Shown: positions 25,737-39,527, numbered from the whole stretch's first letter. The stretch is DNA of 63,241 nucleotides, filler included, from Bigelowiella natans CCMP2755 (GCA_000320545.1; 8 parts of 8 records of this genome joined end to end with filler, not necessarily neighbours in it), one strand, 5' to 3'. Program-made: numbers and translations. Notes: generated by a model from the letters alone, not told the origin.

Positions 25737-27589
25737 TTAGTCCGACTCGTGTATCACAGATATCGGAATACCCATCGTCAACACCTCAGGATCCAACTTT
25801 TGCACAGCCCTCCTCTCGTCGTCGCGTGACCCATCACCGCGATCCTCCTCCCCCTCCTCCTCAGGCGGAGCAACAACAGGTAGAAGCACAAGCAGCACGC
25901 GAAACCTAAGGGCCCAGTTCAAGCTAAGGAGCGAAGTTCTAAAGCTGGCGGGCGCCGTCGATGGAACGGAGATGGAAAAGGTGGTTTGGAGCATATCGGC
26001 TGAGAAGGCGTGCAATGGTCCGAAGTCCTTGCAGGCCCGGCTCTTCCCGCTCATCTCGCACGATTGCAGCTTCACAGCGACGCGGAGAACGTGTACACGG
26101 CCCTCCGGGAAAAACAGCAGCCTCCCGTGGATCGTATCTCCTGGGGCATATCGGGACTTATTGAGAGACACACGCATAGCCTTTTGCCCCGCATGTTGAA
26201 TGTTAAAGTGACGTTGGAAGCGGAGGTCCCGAGAGGACTCTGAGAAAGCCATCAACGGGGCCGATTCCCCGCGCTTGTCCTTCTTCTCATTCCGAGGAGA
26301 GACGGAGGAAGATGCGGAAGAGATCGTCTTGGTTGTGGGGCCATCGCCTGTGTTTGTCTTTTTGTTGTGCTCGAGTCTCTTTTCAGGAACCCCTTTCTTC
26401 TTCCACCATTCATCTATCTCGGTTGAAATCCAGGCAGGCCTAGTACTGCTCCTACCACTAGCAGCAGCAACACTAGCACTTCCACTACTATTTTTACTTT
26501 TCCTACTACTGCTACCACTGTTTCCACTACTTTCGGGTATGCTGTGGCCTTTATGCTCCCCCCCCGGCACATCATCCTCCTCCTCCTTCATCTCACGTTG
26601 ATATTTCACAACGATATCCACAGGATCAATCTTCTGGCCGAACGGCACGTCGGAGATGCTCATGCCGCTCGCCATCTTTCCAGTAGACAGAGCAGCAGGG
26701 GTCGAGGTCGTGACGAAGAAGGGCTTCGTTAAACTGTCGATGGCGGTTCCTGTTGCATCTTTGACCGTCACGTGCATCGCGTAGAGAAACCTGAACAATC
26801 ACGGCACCCAGCACCAGCAACAGCCACAGCCAAAAAGGAAAGTATGGCAAGCCAGATCGTCACATATAAAAACTCAACGTGTCTTGTGCGAAGAAATCAT
26901 CACCCTGCAAATCTCCCCATGTAAGAGCCTGGGATATCAGAGGGAAGCTTCAAAGAAAGGTGAAGAGCAATGTGTCTTCCAATCCTTTCCCTTCTACTGT
27001 CTCTGCTGTTTCTGTGGGGTGCACTAAGGCTTTATCAAATATATGGACAAATTCATTGGATGAATGACGGTAGAACTTCGTTAAATTCATGCTACACTCG
27101 TCTCCCTATGCTTTACAATCTCATAGTGTTGCAAACCAAGAGCACTAACATACTATTCGCATTGATCGGTACAGATCGTTGTAGGCAGAGGTTTGGGTTA
27201 AGAGGGACTAGGGGGGAGACCTCTCTGACTCAAACTGAAAGCTAGCAGGTGTCGAGGAGAGCATGGTGTGAGATTGGTATCCCTCCTCCTTCAACGACAA
27301 ACACGCGATTTCCGGAATGGAAACCCTCGTCTTATCCCCGTCCGCCACAAACTTTCCATCGACGGAAACCTGAATCGTGATTTTCCGCGCCGAGAGAGGC
27401 TGGAGACGAACGGTGCGACAGCTGGGGAAAGGCGTCGGAAATTTGCACTCTTTCTCCTCCCCGTGGCCCAACGGTGCCCCCTTTTTTAGATCTTTGCAAA
27501 TATAAAGGTCGCAATCTGCCCGTAGCCTTCCTCCCGGAGCGACCATCTAAAACGCAATCAATCAGACCCTGCCTCGTGAAAAGGCGCAT
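25737..27589 (-). CDS. RGP1: RGP1 (Ric1-Rgp1 Rab6 GEF subunit), multi-exon
   Basis: Spliced LPSDIPGSYMGRFAG-FLY, then LNKSRYAPGDTIHG, FSISVPSTAPASFRTSLLSLNWALRF and LTMGIPISV; upstream exon has IQVSVDGKFVAD and MLSSTP. Start codon approximate. Confidence 0.78.
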
Positions 27590-28103
27590 CGGGCAGTCAG
27601 GCAGTTAGTTAGGCATGCATGCTGCTCGCACGGACCTCCTGCTTGTCTGGTAAACGAAGCCTATAGTCAAGCTGAATCATTAGGAAAACCTGTATCTGGG
27701 GAGGGGAAGTGGGGGGCGGGGGATTGTTGCTTCAGGCGTCCCGGGCCTTCATCGCCATCGTCATCGTCGCCTCCATTCAACGGGAGAGGAAGAATGAAGG
27801 GCTTTGAGGATGTGGTGGCTATTCTATCATCAAAGTAAGACCCGAATTTGTATATACATTCTTGTCGCACCGTAAAATATGCGATGAAATTTGGAATTAA
27901 GATCCGAATATATCCCTGTCGCACAGTAAAAATTCGATAGGATTCAGCATCAACGCACACCCACAAGGGGTCTGCTGGGTATTATCCCTCAGCGTCGTTG
28001 CCGCTGGCGAAGGTGCCCCCCCTCCACACAGAATGCGGGAGGATCGGCGGAATTCCAGAAAGGTATGGTGCTGATATATCATTTTGACGTCGATGGAGTG
28101 TTG

Positions 28104-29029
28104 ATGCGAGCTGCTGTGTGGCAAATGCAGGCGCTAGGCCGGGCCTTCGGATGCTCTTGCTGCTTTGTCCTTCTTCTGCTTGCTACTGCACTGGTTACGT
28201 GGACACATGAAAATAACGATGATGGCCATGATCATGATTTGATATGATCATGAATGGTGCCTGTTAACAAACGCTGTAACGTCCGTACCTCTTCCTATTA
28301 TTTCTGTTCCCTATGCAAGCATCGCTGGTGGAAAGTAGTAGGGTAGTAGCAGTAGAGTAGTAGTAGTAGTAATAGTAATAGCAGTATACAAATTCCTTTC
28401 TCGTCCCTGTTCGATGATATTCGGGTGTATTTGGATGTCCAATGATAGTTCTACAATTCTTCATACATCTGGTCATCCAGCTTCAGGACCGAACGACCTT
28501 TCGGATAGGGCCACATGTGTCACGAGGAGGTTTGAGACGTAACTGTAGCTATTTTACTAAAGGAAATTTTTGTAGGGAGGGTTCATGATTACGTTTTTAT
28601 CTACTGAAGGAGAATCAACATCGCTTGCAGCTGGATTGTCTGCGGCTGTGCGTCAAGGCTGCCGCAGCCACATAGCTCGTCGTTCCCATTTAAGTGCCCC
28701 CCCCCCTCGATTCAGCTTAACCAATCATATGAGATGCAACCGCCCATCATGGTATTCTCGACGACGTCTGCCGCGAATGAGCGCGGGTTTGGGGGACCTG
28801 ATGAATAACTTCGTCAATGTGAGCGCAATCACGCAACTTACCGAGGAAGTGACAGCTCGGGCGCTGGCAGCGACGACGATGAAGAAGAAGAGGTATGCTG
28901 TGCGTGAACAGATCAGGAAATAAAATGCAAATATACAAGTGTATGTGATGATGCGAGTTTGTGTAAGCTTGTATGTGTTTGCTGTGCTCTAAGGAACAAC
29001 GTTGGCTGCTACGATGACGGCGATGGGTA

Positions 29030-29072
<43 letters not shown>

Positions 29073-29587
29073 TGTACATATATAATGGACAGTTGCTTAT
29101 CACAACATGTGAATCATGAACTGATTTATGTATTGCATCAGCGTCCTACAAATGGTGTTTCTGGCCAATGAAGATATTCCCCTAGTGCAGGTATCTCCCC
29201 CCCCCCCCCATCTCCCTTTTCCGTCATTCCCCTTAATATCCTGCGTGTTTAGGGGATGTGGGATCCCAAAAATCCCCTTGATTTCAAGCTCGAATACTGT
29301 CAACAACAGGTCGTTGCAGCACTAGTAGCAGCAGTAGCAGTAGAACAACGATTCTTCGATCTTTACCTTCTATGCCCCTAAATAGCCATTAAAATACAGA
29401 CACGTGGTAAGTGTTTGTCGTCGTCATTGCCGTCCTTCTTACCCGTCGCTGTCAATAAGATAACACTCGTCTTCCTTAGGTTGCTGCTGCTATGTCAATT
29501 CCCCGGCCTACCAGGGTAGGTGCTCCGGACTTTTCCGAATCGATATTAGTCCCTCCTGCCAAGGATACCTGATAAATATTTATGTGA

Positions 29588-29633
<46 letters not shown>

Positions 29634-30053
29634 GCATACACATACAATATTTCCTGGTACAATGATGAGCAATATATCCTCCGTACAATATTCGGCGACA
29701 TCAGTCAACTTTGTAGATGGGATTCCTTCATATCACAAGGAACCATCGTTGATTGCATCTTCGCCACAGAAGAAGATCGGCGCTTTCTCGCCGACTACAC
29801 TTTTCTTCTTTTGCAGATGATTTCTGCGAAAGGATGTTGTAACGAGCGTCACCTTTTGAAAGCCATAATTTCTTCTCTCATTCCCGTACGTCTTGACCGA
29901 TTGTCGTTGTCACCTCTGAACAAGGTGTTAGTGCTGGGCCTGGGCGTCGGTGCTATTCCTCGGTAGGATTCTCGCCCCTCCTCTCCCTTCGCACCTCGAA
30001 GACGTTGTGTGTGTGTATTCTCGCCCCTCCTCTCCCTTCGCACCTCGAAGACG

Positions 30054-30124
<71 letters not shown>

Positions 30125-31700
30125 GTGTATGTAGCCCTCTGATACGATTTATGAATATGATCTATTTTTTCCTTTTTTTTTATCGATTCACCAGGACACT
30201 GCACGCTATCTATCCCTCGCTAGCAGCTGACGTAGTCGAGATCGATAACGACGTGATCGACACGTGCAGGTCATTCTTCAAGCTGCGCGACGTCCAACCA
30301 GGCGAAAGCGGCGTCAGCGTGCACCACGGGGATGCTACTGAATTCGTCAAGAGGTCGGTCTGCGCCTGCGCGCATAAATTTGAATAGGAACTAAGACAAG
30401 AAAAATAACAAACACGGAAGTTAAGCCCCCCACGTTCATTTATGCAAAGGCATATATTTCTCGTTTATTCACAAAAAATATGATCACACCACCACCACTA
30501 GTAGCAGCGGATCGTCCATACGTCTTCCTCATTCAACATTATCCTCCCCCCCCCGTAGAAATATCCCAACCCTCCTAATCACGTTGCTTCACCCCTCTCA
30601 TTTCCTGAAACGCCCTTAGGGAAACCTCCAAAGCTATATACGATATTGTGTATATGGATGCATACAACGAGAAGGTGGTTCTGCTTGCACTATCACAGCA
30701 AAGGGGGTTGCATTGTTTCACCGAATTTCTTGCGAGAGTCTATTGTCTTGATCAGTGTTACCGTTGCTTGTTGGTGTTGTCGTCCTCGTCATCCCCTTCA
30801 TCATTCAACATCATCACCATCATGGTCGCTATCATTTTCTTTGTGTCGATTCTCCGCTCCCCGCCCCCGCCCCCCCCCCCCGCCATCCCCTCAGGGAATT
30901 CCGAGCAGTCTCCTGACACATTCTTTCTACGAGGATATGATCTCGTGTTTGAAGCCCGGAGGTAAGCTAGAATGCGCCTGAAAGTTATCGTTCTTTTGAC
31001 TCTTCACATAACAGAAAATAAAAGGGCTCGTGAAAGTGATAATCATAGATATCGATACACACGCATGCGCGCGCGCGCGAGTATAAAAGTGTGCAAATAA
31101 CGTAGGGCTTTGTATTTTCAGGTCTTCTCAGTATTAACCTCATAGAAGACGTAGATGATGCTGATGTCGTTCTTGACAGGGCGCAGGTTTGCTATTTCAT
31201 TCAACCTTCCCTCCCATACGACGTTTGTTGTTTGGTCGTTATGTGGGGAGCTCGGATTTTCACATCGTTTTTGAACTGAAGGGAAAATTTAAGTAATGAT
31301 CTATCATCAGGAGATGCTCGTAGATCCCCTTATTATTCGCGCGCAATCGACCTCCAACCAAGGTGACCATTCTCTGTCTTCTCTGTAGCGTACAACAAAA
31401 ATAAATTCACACATTTTCCACATTTTTATCACACGCACGATCTCGATCTTTTTCTCTTCGTAAAAAAGGCCATTAAATTAATTCTTCTAGATTAGCATGT
31501 TTGGCATCGACAACCAAAAACTTTCTCGTCCTTATTCACAACCAAAAAGAAAGCTGCCTCGAGATCATTGTACATACACCACATTGCCCGTTCTTTTCTT
31601 TTAATTTCCCCTTCGCTGCATATGAAAAACAACAAATACACGTACGATTTTACACACGATAAGCGATCTTTGGAGTTCCAAGGGCAAAGAAGCACGACAG
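28104..31700 (+). CDS. Spermidine-synthase-like SAM-dependent methyltransferase, multi-exon, with possible signal plus transit peptide
   Basis: Exons encode VLVLGLGVGAIP (motif I), DVVEIDNDVI, VHHGDATEFV, YDIVYMDAY and FYEDMISCLKPGG. N-terminal hydrophobic segment then Ser/Arg-rich stretch. Ends approximate. Confidence 0.8.
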
Positions 31701-31899
31701 CGACAAGGACACAAGTAACAGCAGGCTGTTCGATTTGCTGAACGAAATGAAAACGCGTGCCGGTGGAGTGGATGCTCGGCTGATCTTACCATATTCGATT
31801 GCGCCTCAAGTTTTGCTAGCTGAACGCCTAGCCGATGTTAGAGCACGAAACTTTGCGTGGGATGATGTGTAATTGTCCTGCCTTAAAAAGCTAAATGGA

Positions 31900-33350
31900 C
31901 ATCGGATTTGTTGCACTGTTCACTCATGGATGCATGTCATTTTGTTATGCAACATGAAGCGTTGTTGTCCACGTGCGTCAGGGCACATTGCGCCCATGAA
32001 CGTGTCACCAAACAACACACACATGTGCAGTGCGCTCAGACGACAGCAAGGGGCACGTGCGCGCAGAGATGTAGAAATGTCCATTGTGCATGACTGGATG
32101 ATCGACGCTGCGCACGTGATCAGTCACACACGCTGGTGCACACATCGATGGGAAGGGCGGGAATGATGAACAATGAATGATGAACAAAGCATTGATCAAA
32201 TCTGCATGCGCCAGGGAAGTGGGTTGGGCACATCTGAGACATCCCAGTGACTCGATGCCAAAAGTTCCGCCAATGTGCATCTTGGGCAATTTCACTGGAC
32301 ACTTCGTGGATGGTTTTTGAAGAAAACATTGAGGAATTTGAACAAAATTTGCATTTTTTTGGGTGAAATCGAAAAAATTTTCCCGGCTGACGCCGGGGCA
32401 AAACCGCCGAGCATGATGCGGACCAAAACCCTTGGGAGTGAACCCCCCTTGAATGGGGCTGTGATCATTGAAATTGGATGGGTGGGTCATCACGTGCAGG
32501 AGGCACCATCACAAGATGCATGATTGGACAGCAGTCATGGGATCATGCACCGTGCGCGACGTCGCGACGTGTCTAGCTTCAATTTGATGATCAAGTGACG
32601 AGTGTGCATCAGAGTGGGAAGCTGTGAGTGCTTGCGTGCGCGCGCGCTGGGCACGCACAAAGTGTGCCAGTGTGCGCCATCGTGCCCACACGTCTTGCTC
32701 GTGCGTCCAATCCCAAGCAGCTCTGGAGCTGCGCGTCGCGCATCACATCCAGCTTCATTGATTGCCGCATCGGCACCGTGCAGGCCGCTAGGAGCCACAC
32801 ATCGAAAACTCACCAAAGTCAAAACCACAAAAAAAAAGCACCTTTTTGGCGCGGAAACGTTCAATTTTGCGAACTTTGGAGTGGAACTTCTGGAGGTGAT
32901 GGAGTTGCTGTTGACACGGCCCCTGAGCATGTTTTTTTGAGCCAACACGCAAAGTGGACCCTTTCCGCGGCACCCAAAGTTTTTGCCCTCGATTTTTTCC
33001 CTTGAAAATCCACTTTTTTGCACCCCTTTCTGGACAATTCTGGACCTTCTCACACGTCCAGAAGTCTTCTGTGGTGCTTCGGAAGAAGTTTGGATTGGAT
33101 TCCGAGCATGACACGGACCAAAACCCTTGGGAGTGAATCCCCCTTGAGCCCCATTGTCACTAGTTGCATGGAGCAACCGTGAAATGCATTTCTCTTGGAA
33201 GTGATCTGGGGATGCTTCCCTGATCTCATGACGACGAATGCGTGCAACCAAATCAGGAATGCGCTGTTGAGAGGAACGGAAGGGCTAGAGGGGCCGAGCA
33301 TGTGGACGAGCAGCAGTGCGATCGTGATCGAACAAACCCGAAATCAGGAA
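31900..33350. mobile_element. TpA-depleted intergenic tract with two copies of a 46-nt transposon-end-like repeat (32407-32452, 33102-33147); probable non-autonomous element relics
   Basis: Hand count for 31981-33350 gives 5 TpA (4 CTAG, 1 GTAG). The direct repeat matches at 43/46 positions. Transposon identity is inference. Confidence 0.6.
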
Positions 33351-33564
33351 ATCCCTATAGGAAATCAGGAAATCTCGAGAAATCCAGGAAATGTCGAAAA
33401 AATCGTGGGAAATAAACCCGAAAACCATCGTGCGACAACCTCGCAAAAACTTGGATGCTAGGACGATACTTGCATGCGACAAATGTGCTACCTCAAGTAT
33501 TGGTGAAGTACCAAGTACCAGGAAACATCTGAGATTCTTCGCTGCCCCCTCCACGTGTGTGCCA

Positions 33565-34437
33565 ATGGCCCTTCTCTCGCCGCGTTGGACCGTGCGACTG
33601 CGGGCGCGGACCCGCGCGTCGTTGCTCTTCGCGAGCGGGATTGGTATCGCAGGCACCCTCACGCTCTCTTTAGTCAGTTTCTTGGAGGGGAAAGATGATG
33701 CGGCGGTTGGCGTGGAGGGAGGTAGGCGGTGTGCAGGACGATGGTGGCTGCGTACAGTACGCGCCCACTCACGGTGAGTGAGGTCTTTGACGTTATGATC
33801 ATCGGCGAGAGGCTAAAGGGAACGAACATGCTTATGGTCAGATTCGAAAGGGCTGTCGCAGGATTTTTAGGAAGCGCGCGCCGCACAGCCTCGGCGGAGC
33901 CGAGAGTAAGGCATTCAACACAGTTGCAGAGACAACACCAGCGTGCGGGAGATCACCTTTCCTCACAGTAAAACTGCCTGCACACAGGATGGAGGTGCCT
34001 TGCAAGCGGGGGGTTCTAATCGGCTGGGATTTAAGCTAGGATATGTGACCGATGTGGAAGGAAATCTGCGCTATTTCCGGGACTACGTGGAGCGCAGCGA
34101 AGTGCTTGATTACAGAGATGGAACGCCTCCTCTCGACCATCCGAATGTATATGAGCTACACTCCCGCACCCTATTATCCCCCCCCCCCCCCCTCCATTAT
34201 TTTGACGGAAATTAAGTTCGCGGCGGTGTGGGCGAGGTAAGCTAAAAGGTGTACTCCTTCGCCACAACGCACAGCCAGGTACTCTGGAGCTGAGGGAGGG
34301 AACATACTTCATCTTCGGCGGCGACCTGTTCGATAAAGGCCCAGGGTATAACCCATAAAACTTTTCGCATGTATTTGGGATGGTCTAATTAGGCACAACA
34401 GTGGATTGAATCTTGAAATAAAAAAAAAACAATGAAG

Positions 34438-34518
<81 letters not shown>

Positions 34519-35107
34519 TATATATACATATATCGAAAATATATTGAAATCCAAGTTCCTCTCTCCGTGGCAGAACGGAAACGACGCGCCTTGATTATTT
34601 CGCCGTTTTGTCGTGTCGTCCCCCCGCCTTTATTGCAGGGACATTCGGCTGTCAAAAGAGCTCGTAGCGCTCAAGCAGAGGTATCCGAATAGGGTGTACC
34701 TGCTTATTGGAAATCGTGATGCAAACAAGGTAGTAGATGTGCGCAAACGGTTCTACGTGTGCTCCTGGCGAGAGATGGAGACAGAAGAAGAAGTAGACGC
34801 CGTTGCATGGCCAAAAGCACACACACACACACACTATATATATATATATATATATATATAGTGTGTGTGTGAGCGCGTGTGTGTTATCAGGGAGACTTTC
34901 TATCCCTAAGCCACTTTTCCTCTCATAATGACTGAATAAATGAATATATATATATATATATATATACACCGGTCGTATTACGCAGTTGAGATTCGCTGCG
35001 GAGCTTTCAGATGCACAGCTGCAGCAAGTGCCACTAGATAAGGTCACAGCGAAACACAAGGGTAGAGTAGAGGAAGGTGAGAAGGAACGAGTTGAGTTGA
35101 CGAAGAA

Positions 35108-35152
<45 letters not shown>

Positions 35153-35215
35153 CCCTCCCTCTATTTCCCTATATAGATCCCAATCTATACATCCATACTC
35201 ACGCACGCACACACA

Positions 35216-35255
<40 letters not shown>

Positions 35256-35264
35256 TATTATATA

Positions 35265-35301
<37 letters not shown>

Positions 35302-36864
35302 ATATTATTTTTGTTTAACAAACGCCACGCACATCAGATGACCGCGCCGTTTTGGCTAACAAAGAACAGGACTCCCACTGAATGGCTCCGAAGGAAGAAG
35401 GAGAATAAGAATAAGAAAAAGGTGATGATTGTTGTGGGGGTTGCGATTGTGAGAGGATGACAACGACAACAACAACGACGATTATGACGACGACGACGAT
35501 GACGAGCAACATCGAAGCGATGCGAAATATGTATCTTCTTCGCGGATGTGTGACCGAGTCGTATATAACAAGGGCGAGGAGCTGTTTGACGCGAAGGAAT
35601 GGAGAGCGCTTGATACGCGTAAAACCCGGCTGCTTTGGATGTTGGAAGACACCCTCGGTAGGTAGCACAGATACTGACTGATGGTGGTGATAACGATGAT
35701 GATGATGATGATGATGACGATGATGACGATGATGGTGATGAAAGACAATTAAGATTCTAGCCACCTCATTGTTCCCTCCTTTCTGTCCCGCCTCCCCCCT
35801 TTTTATACAATGACTACCACCCCCATCCCCACCCCCACTCCCACCTAGGCTGCCCAAACACCTTCGAATTCCGAAGAGAGGAGCTCGCTCTGATGAAGAG
35901 AAAGACGGCCAGAGAAGAAGGCAATCCCAACTACCAGAAACATTGATTCTATTGCTACTTACTTCTAATGTGGATTGTGTTGGCGCTGCATGCATTGGCC
36001 TCTTCTTCTTCTTCTTTTCTCCACCTATTCTCTTCGTGAAGTTCCTGTGTATCAAAAAACCGGCAACTTAATTTGGTCAATCATGCATAGTAGGGAGAGG
36101 AGAGGCAGTGGAAGATGGCGAAGTTGTAAGTAGTTTTCTTGAGGGACTCAGGCCTGGAGGGTATGCGTGACACCATTGCTTTTACCACCATCACTGCAAC
36201 TACTCACTACGTCTCACAATGATATAATAATAGTACTAATGATAATTAAAAAAATGATTATACAAGCTTCAACCTCATGATCACACCCCAGGTGCTACTT
36301 TGAGTATCTGAAGCACGCGGATATAGCCGTGAGGTTCTTGTTTCTTCTTTTCCCGACTTCCCTTGATGATGCGTTTGATTATTTGTTCTTCCCCCGAAAA
36401 AACGCCATCAATGCTGTCTCTTAGTGACAATCCATCGGCGTCGTGAGCGCATGTATATCACAGTGCTCATCATCTTCGCGCATATCGACGACATCACTAA
36501 CTTCCACCTCCTCGTCATCATGCTAAGCTACTAACAAACATGTTCTCCTCATCCCCCCCTCCCTGCCCCTGCTCTCATCATCAGGCTTGGGAATACGCTG
36601 TTCGTTCACGGATCCGTCTCGCCGCAGTCGATAGATTTCGTGCCGTCCCTGAGGTACGAATCATTCATCGAGATAGTATCCCGATGAATTCTTGCCCGTT
36701 GTGTGTGTGTGCGTGTGTGTGTGTGTTTGTGTGTGTGAATCCGTGTAAATATTATCTGCGATCGCCATCCGAATCCTTTAGGCTTCCATTCGCAAAGAAC
36801 GCAGCCTTGTTGCCCAGTAATTGCTAGTGCTTCATCGAAGAAGAATGAGATAAATAACGAGGAG

Positions 36865-36895
<31 letters not shown>

Positions 36896-37229
36896 TAGTG
36901 ATGGTGCTCATGGCAAACGAATAGAGGAAGAAGAGGAGAAGTGGGAAATCACTCGTGGCAAATAGTAGTACACCACGCACTTCAGTAGAACGGATGCCAA
37001 CAAGTTACTGCGAAATTCTATCAGTATCAGTCCTAGGTCAAATTCCATTTAACCATTTATCAGATACCGGTCATTATGTCAACCAGGAGGGGGGGGGCTC
37101 GAACGATAGCCGGTCTGAACCTGCAGATCGTTGGATTGACGCTTTGAATCGATGGGGAAAACAGGTCTCGGCGACGTGTTTAGATGCTGTTCTGGAAGAA
37201 GAAAGCGATGGCAGCCATTTCAATAACTC

Positions 37230-37296
<67 letters not shown>

Positions 37297-37539
37297 CAAT
37301 GAGCTACCATTCTTCGATAGGCGTTCGAGGAGTTTGCCAAATCAGAAGCTGCCTCCCTCGACGCTCCGCTGTTTTCGGGTAGGTAGCAAATCGAAAAGGG
37401 GGGGGGAGGGGAGAGGGGTGAAGGGAGAGGGGCAGTGGATCGGTAAGGCCAATAAATGAAAATGAATAAAATGATGATAATGATAATGATGATGAGGGAC
37501 TGTCCCTCCTATTCATCTTCGTTAAAGAAATGCTGTGTT

Positions 37540-37580
<41 letters not shown>

Positions 37581-39527
37581 TCTGTGTTTGTCTGTGTGTG
37601 TTTCTGTCACTAATTCCAGGGGAGAGCGTCGAATCCCTTGGGTCCTCAAGGCCTGGGCAGTCTCTTTTGTGCTATCAATGCGCTCCTGGTGATTGGATAA
37701 AGAGGCAGGAAAGGAAGGGGGGGGGGGGGGGGGGGGGGGGGGGGATGGGAGGTGCAATAAGGGACCCGCAAATTAGAATCAAAGTGGTGTTTGGTATCCT
37801 CCACAGAATTGCAATAGAGCAAAGCGTGTCCTCTTTTTAACACGAGGTTCTTCCAATCCTCTAGGAAGCGTCCGGAGGAATGTGGTAGTTGAGAGCTACA
37901 TCTCCCGCGCCATCCCAAGGGAAATTCCTCAGTCAGTCGCTGAATATCTCCTTGATTCAGGTACTAGAAAGATCATCACCAACCGCACTCACATGCATTT
38001 TTTCACGAACGATCGTAGGCCAAACATTATTATGATCATTGGCCATTCCATCAAAGTAGCAGCGCATCGTGTTTCTCTCCTCCTCCTCTTCCCTACCCAA
38101 AGATTATACCCTTATGTTTCCTAGGCATTTCTCGCGTTGTAGCTGGGCACAAACCTGTTGGCGATTGTCCGATGGTAGCAGTAGCAGCAGTAGCAGCAGT
38201 AGCAGCAGTAGTAGTAGTAGTAGTAGGAATGAAACTCGAGACGCAAAATGATAGAGATAATTATGCTTTCAGTTAAATGTTAACAAAGCACAGCATTTCG
38301 CGCTCTCTCTCTCTCTCTCTCTCTCCCTCCCTCCCCCTTCCACACAGACATACACACTTCATCTGGTGTGCAGGTGATGCACACAGCTGTCTGCAGTGAT
38401 GGATCTCCTTTCCCGAAATACCTCGAGACCGTTTTCGCTGATACGTCGTACAGGTGCGTCAGGGTGTGCGAGCGCGTGTGTTTGTGTGCAGATGCCTCCA
38501 TCATTACTTGGGATACTATTGCGACTACTACTACTACTGTGCTGCTGCTGCTTTTCCACAGTGACTCAAAGGCGGAGGACTCCCGGGGTGTTGCTGTATC
38601 GGTGAGTGAGTGAGTGATCGGGAAGCAGATGTGATTCTACTTTTATTTAATGTCCCCGCCAGTGTGTTAGTTGATCCTCGTTGTCCGTTATTAGTAGTTA
38701 CGATACCCTAAATTCTATTCCACAGAATACATATATTTGACTGGTCATCCGCTGCTTTCTCCCCCGCCCCCCCCCTCTCTCTCTCTCTCTTTCTACCCTC
38801 TCTCTCTTTCTACCCTCTCTCTTTTTCTACCCTCTCTCTCTTTTCCTCTTTTGGTGCTTACTCTTTCAAAAGGAGGTCATAGTCGAAGGCCTCTCCCCTG
38901 ATGCAAATAGGGTTGGTTCGCTTTGCTTGCCCTGAACATGCACAAACGCGCACGCATTCTGAATGACTCACGGCGCGATCTAATACAGCTCCTGTTTATG
39001 CCGTAAATTCTCCCGCTGTTTCTCGTTGGTTCCCATAACGATACCCTGTTTTTCTGAATCGGAAGGTGCGCGTGCATGGCCTTCTCCGCGACGGCTCCAC
39101 GACCATAGAGTACGCTTTGAGACCCCTCTCCCGTGGGGGGGTAGATGCCTCTCCACCCCTTGTTCCCGAGCACTTCGTCGCGGAAGATGACCGTCTCATC
39201 GGGTAATGCAATGATCAAGTGATAGAGGTTTTATCTCTGTGCACTAAGTCATCGGTGCCGCTAGATTTTTTCTTGAATTGGCGATGGTTCATTAGGAAAC
39301 GGCTTGCCGATAACTTCTTTGTCCGCGCGCGAGTCTCGCCCGGGGTGGCACGCAAGGCGGGGGTCTCCGAACACGCGGCACAGCCCAAAGAACACGTCCC
39401 TTCGACATCATCTTCGTGTGAGAAGTGCCACTACTTTCTGGAGAAAACCGATGTGAAAACTAGGAGAGTGACGACAAGACAAGCGTCAAAGACCGAAGTT
39501 CTCTGTGAGATCAATCAGCAATGGTAG
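33565..39527 (+). CDS. Calcineurin-like metallophosphoesterase, many exons, N-terminal targeting leader
   Basis: Exons encode YVTDVEGN, FGGDLFDKGPG, LLIGNRDANK, LFVHG, VVAGHKPVGD and ADTSYSD in canonical order. Last exon KRLADNFFVRAR...QQW* ends at 39527. Confidence 0.82.

Noticed and set aside
32005-33251. Long ORFs (162 aa, 238 aa and others) in the TpA-depleted tract as real genes
   Set aside because: Loss of TAA/TAG stops lengthens ORFs in all frames; the peptides are Cys/His-rich, nearly Tyr-free and have no recognisable domain.
19141-33350. Explaining the TG/CA-rich tracts by CpG methylation decay or fungal-type RIP
   Set aside because: CpG is abundant in these tracts and TpA, the RIP product, is the missing dinucleotide.
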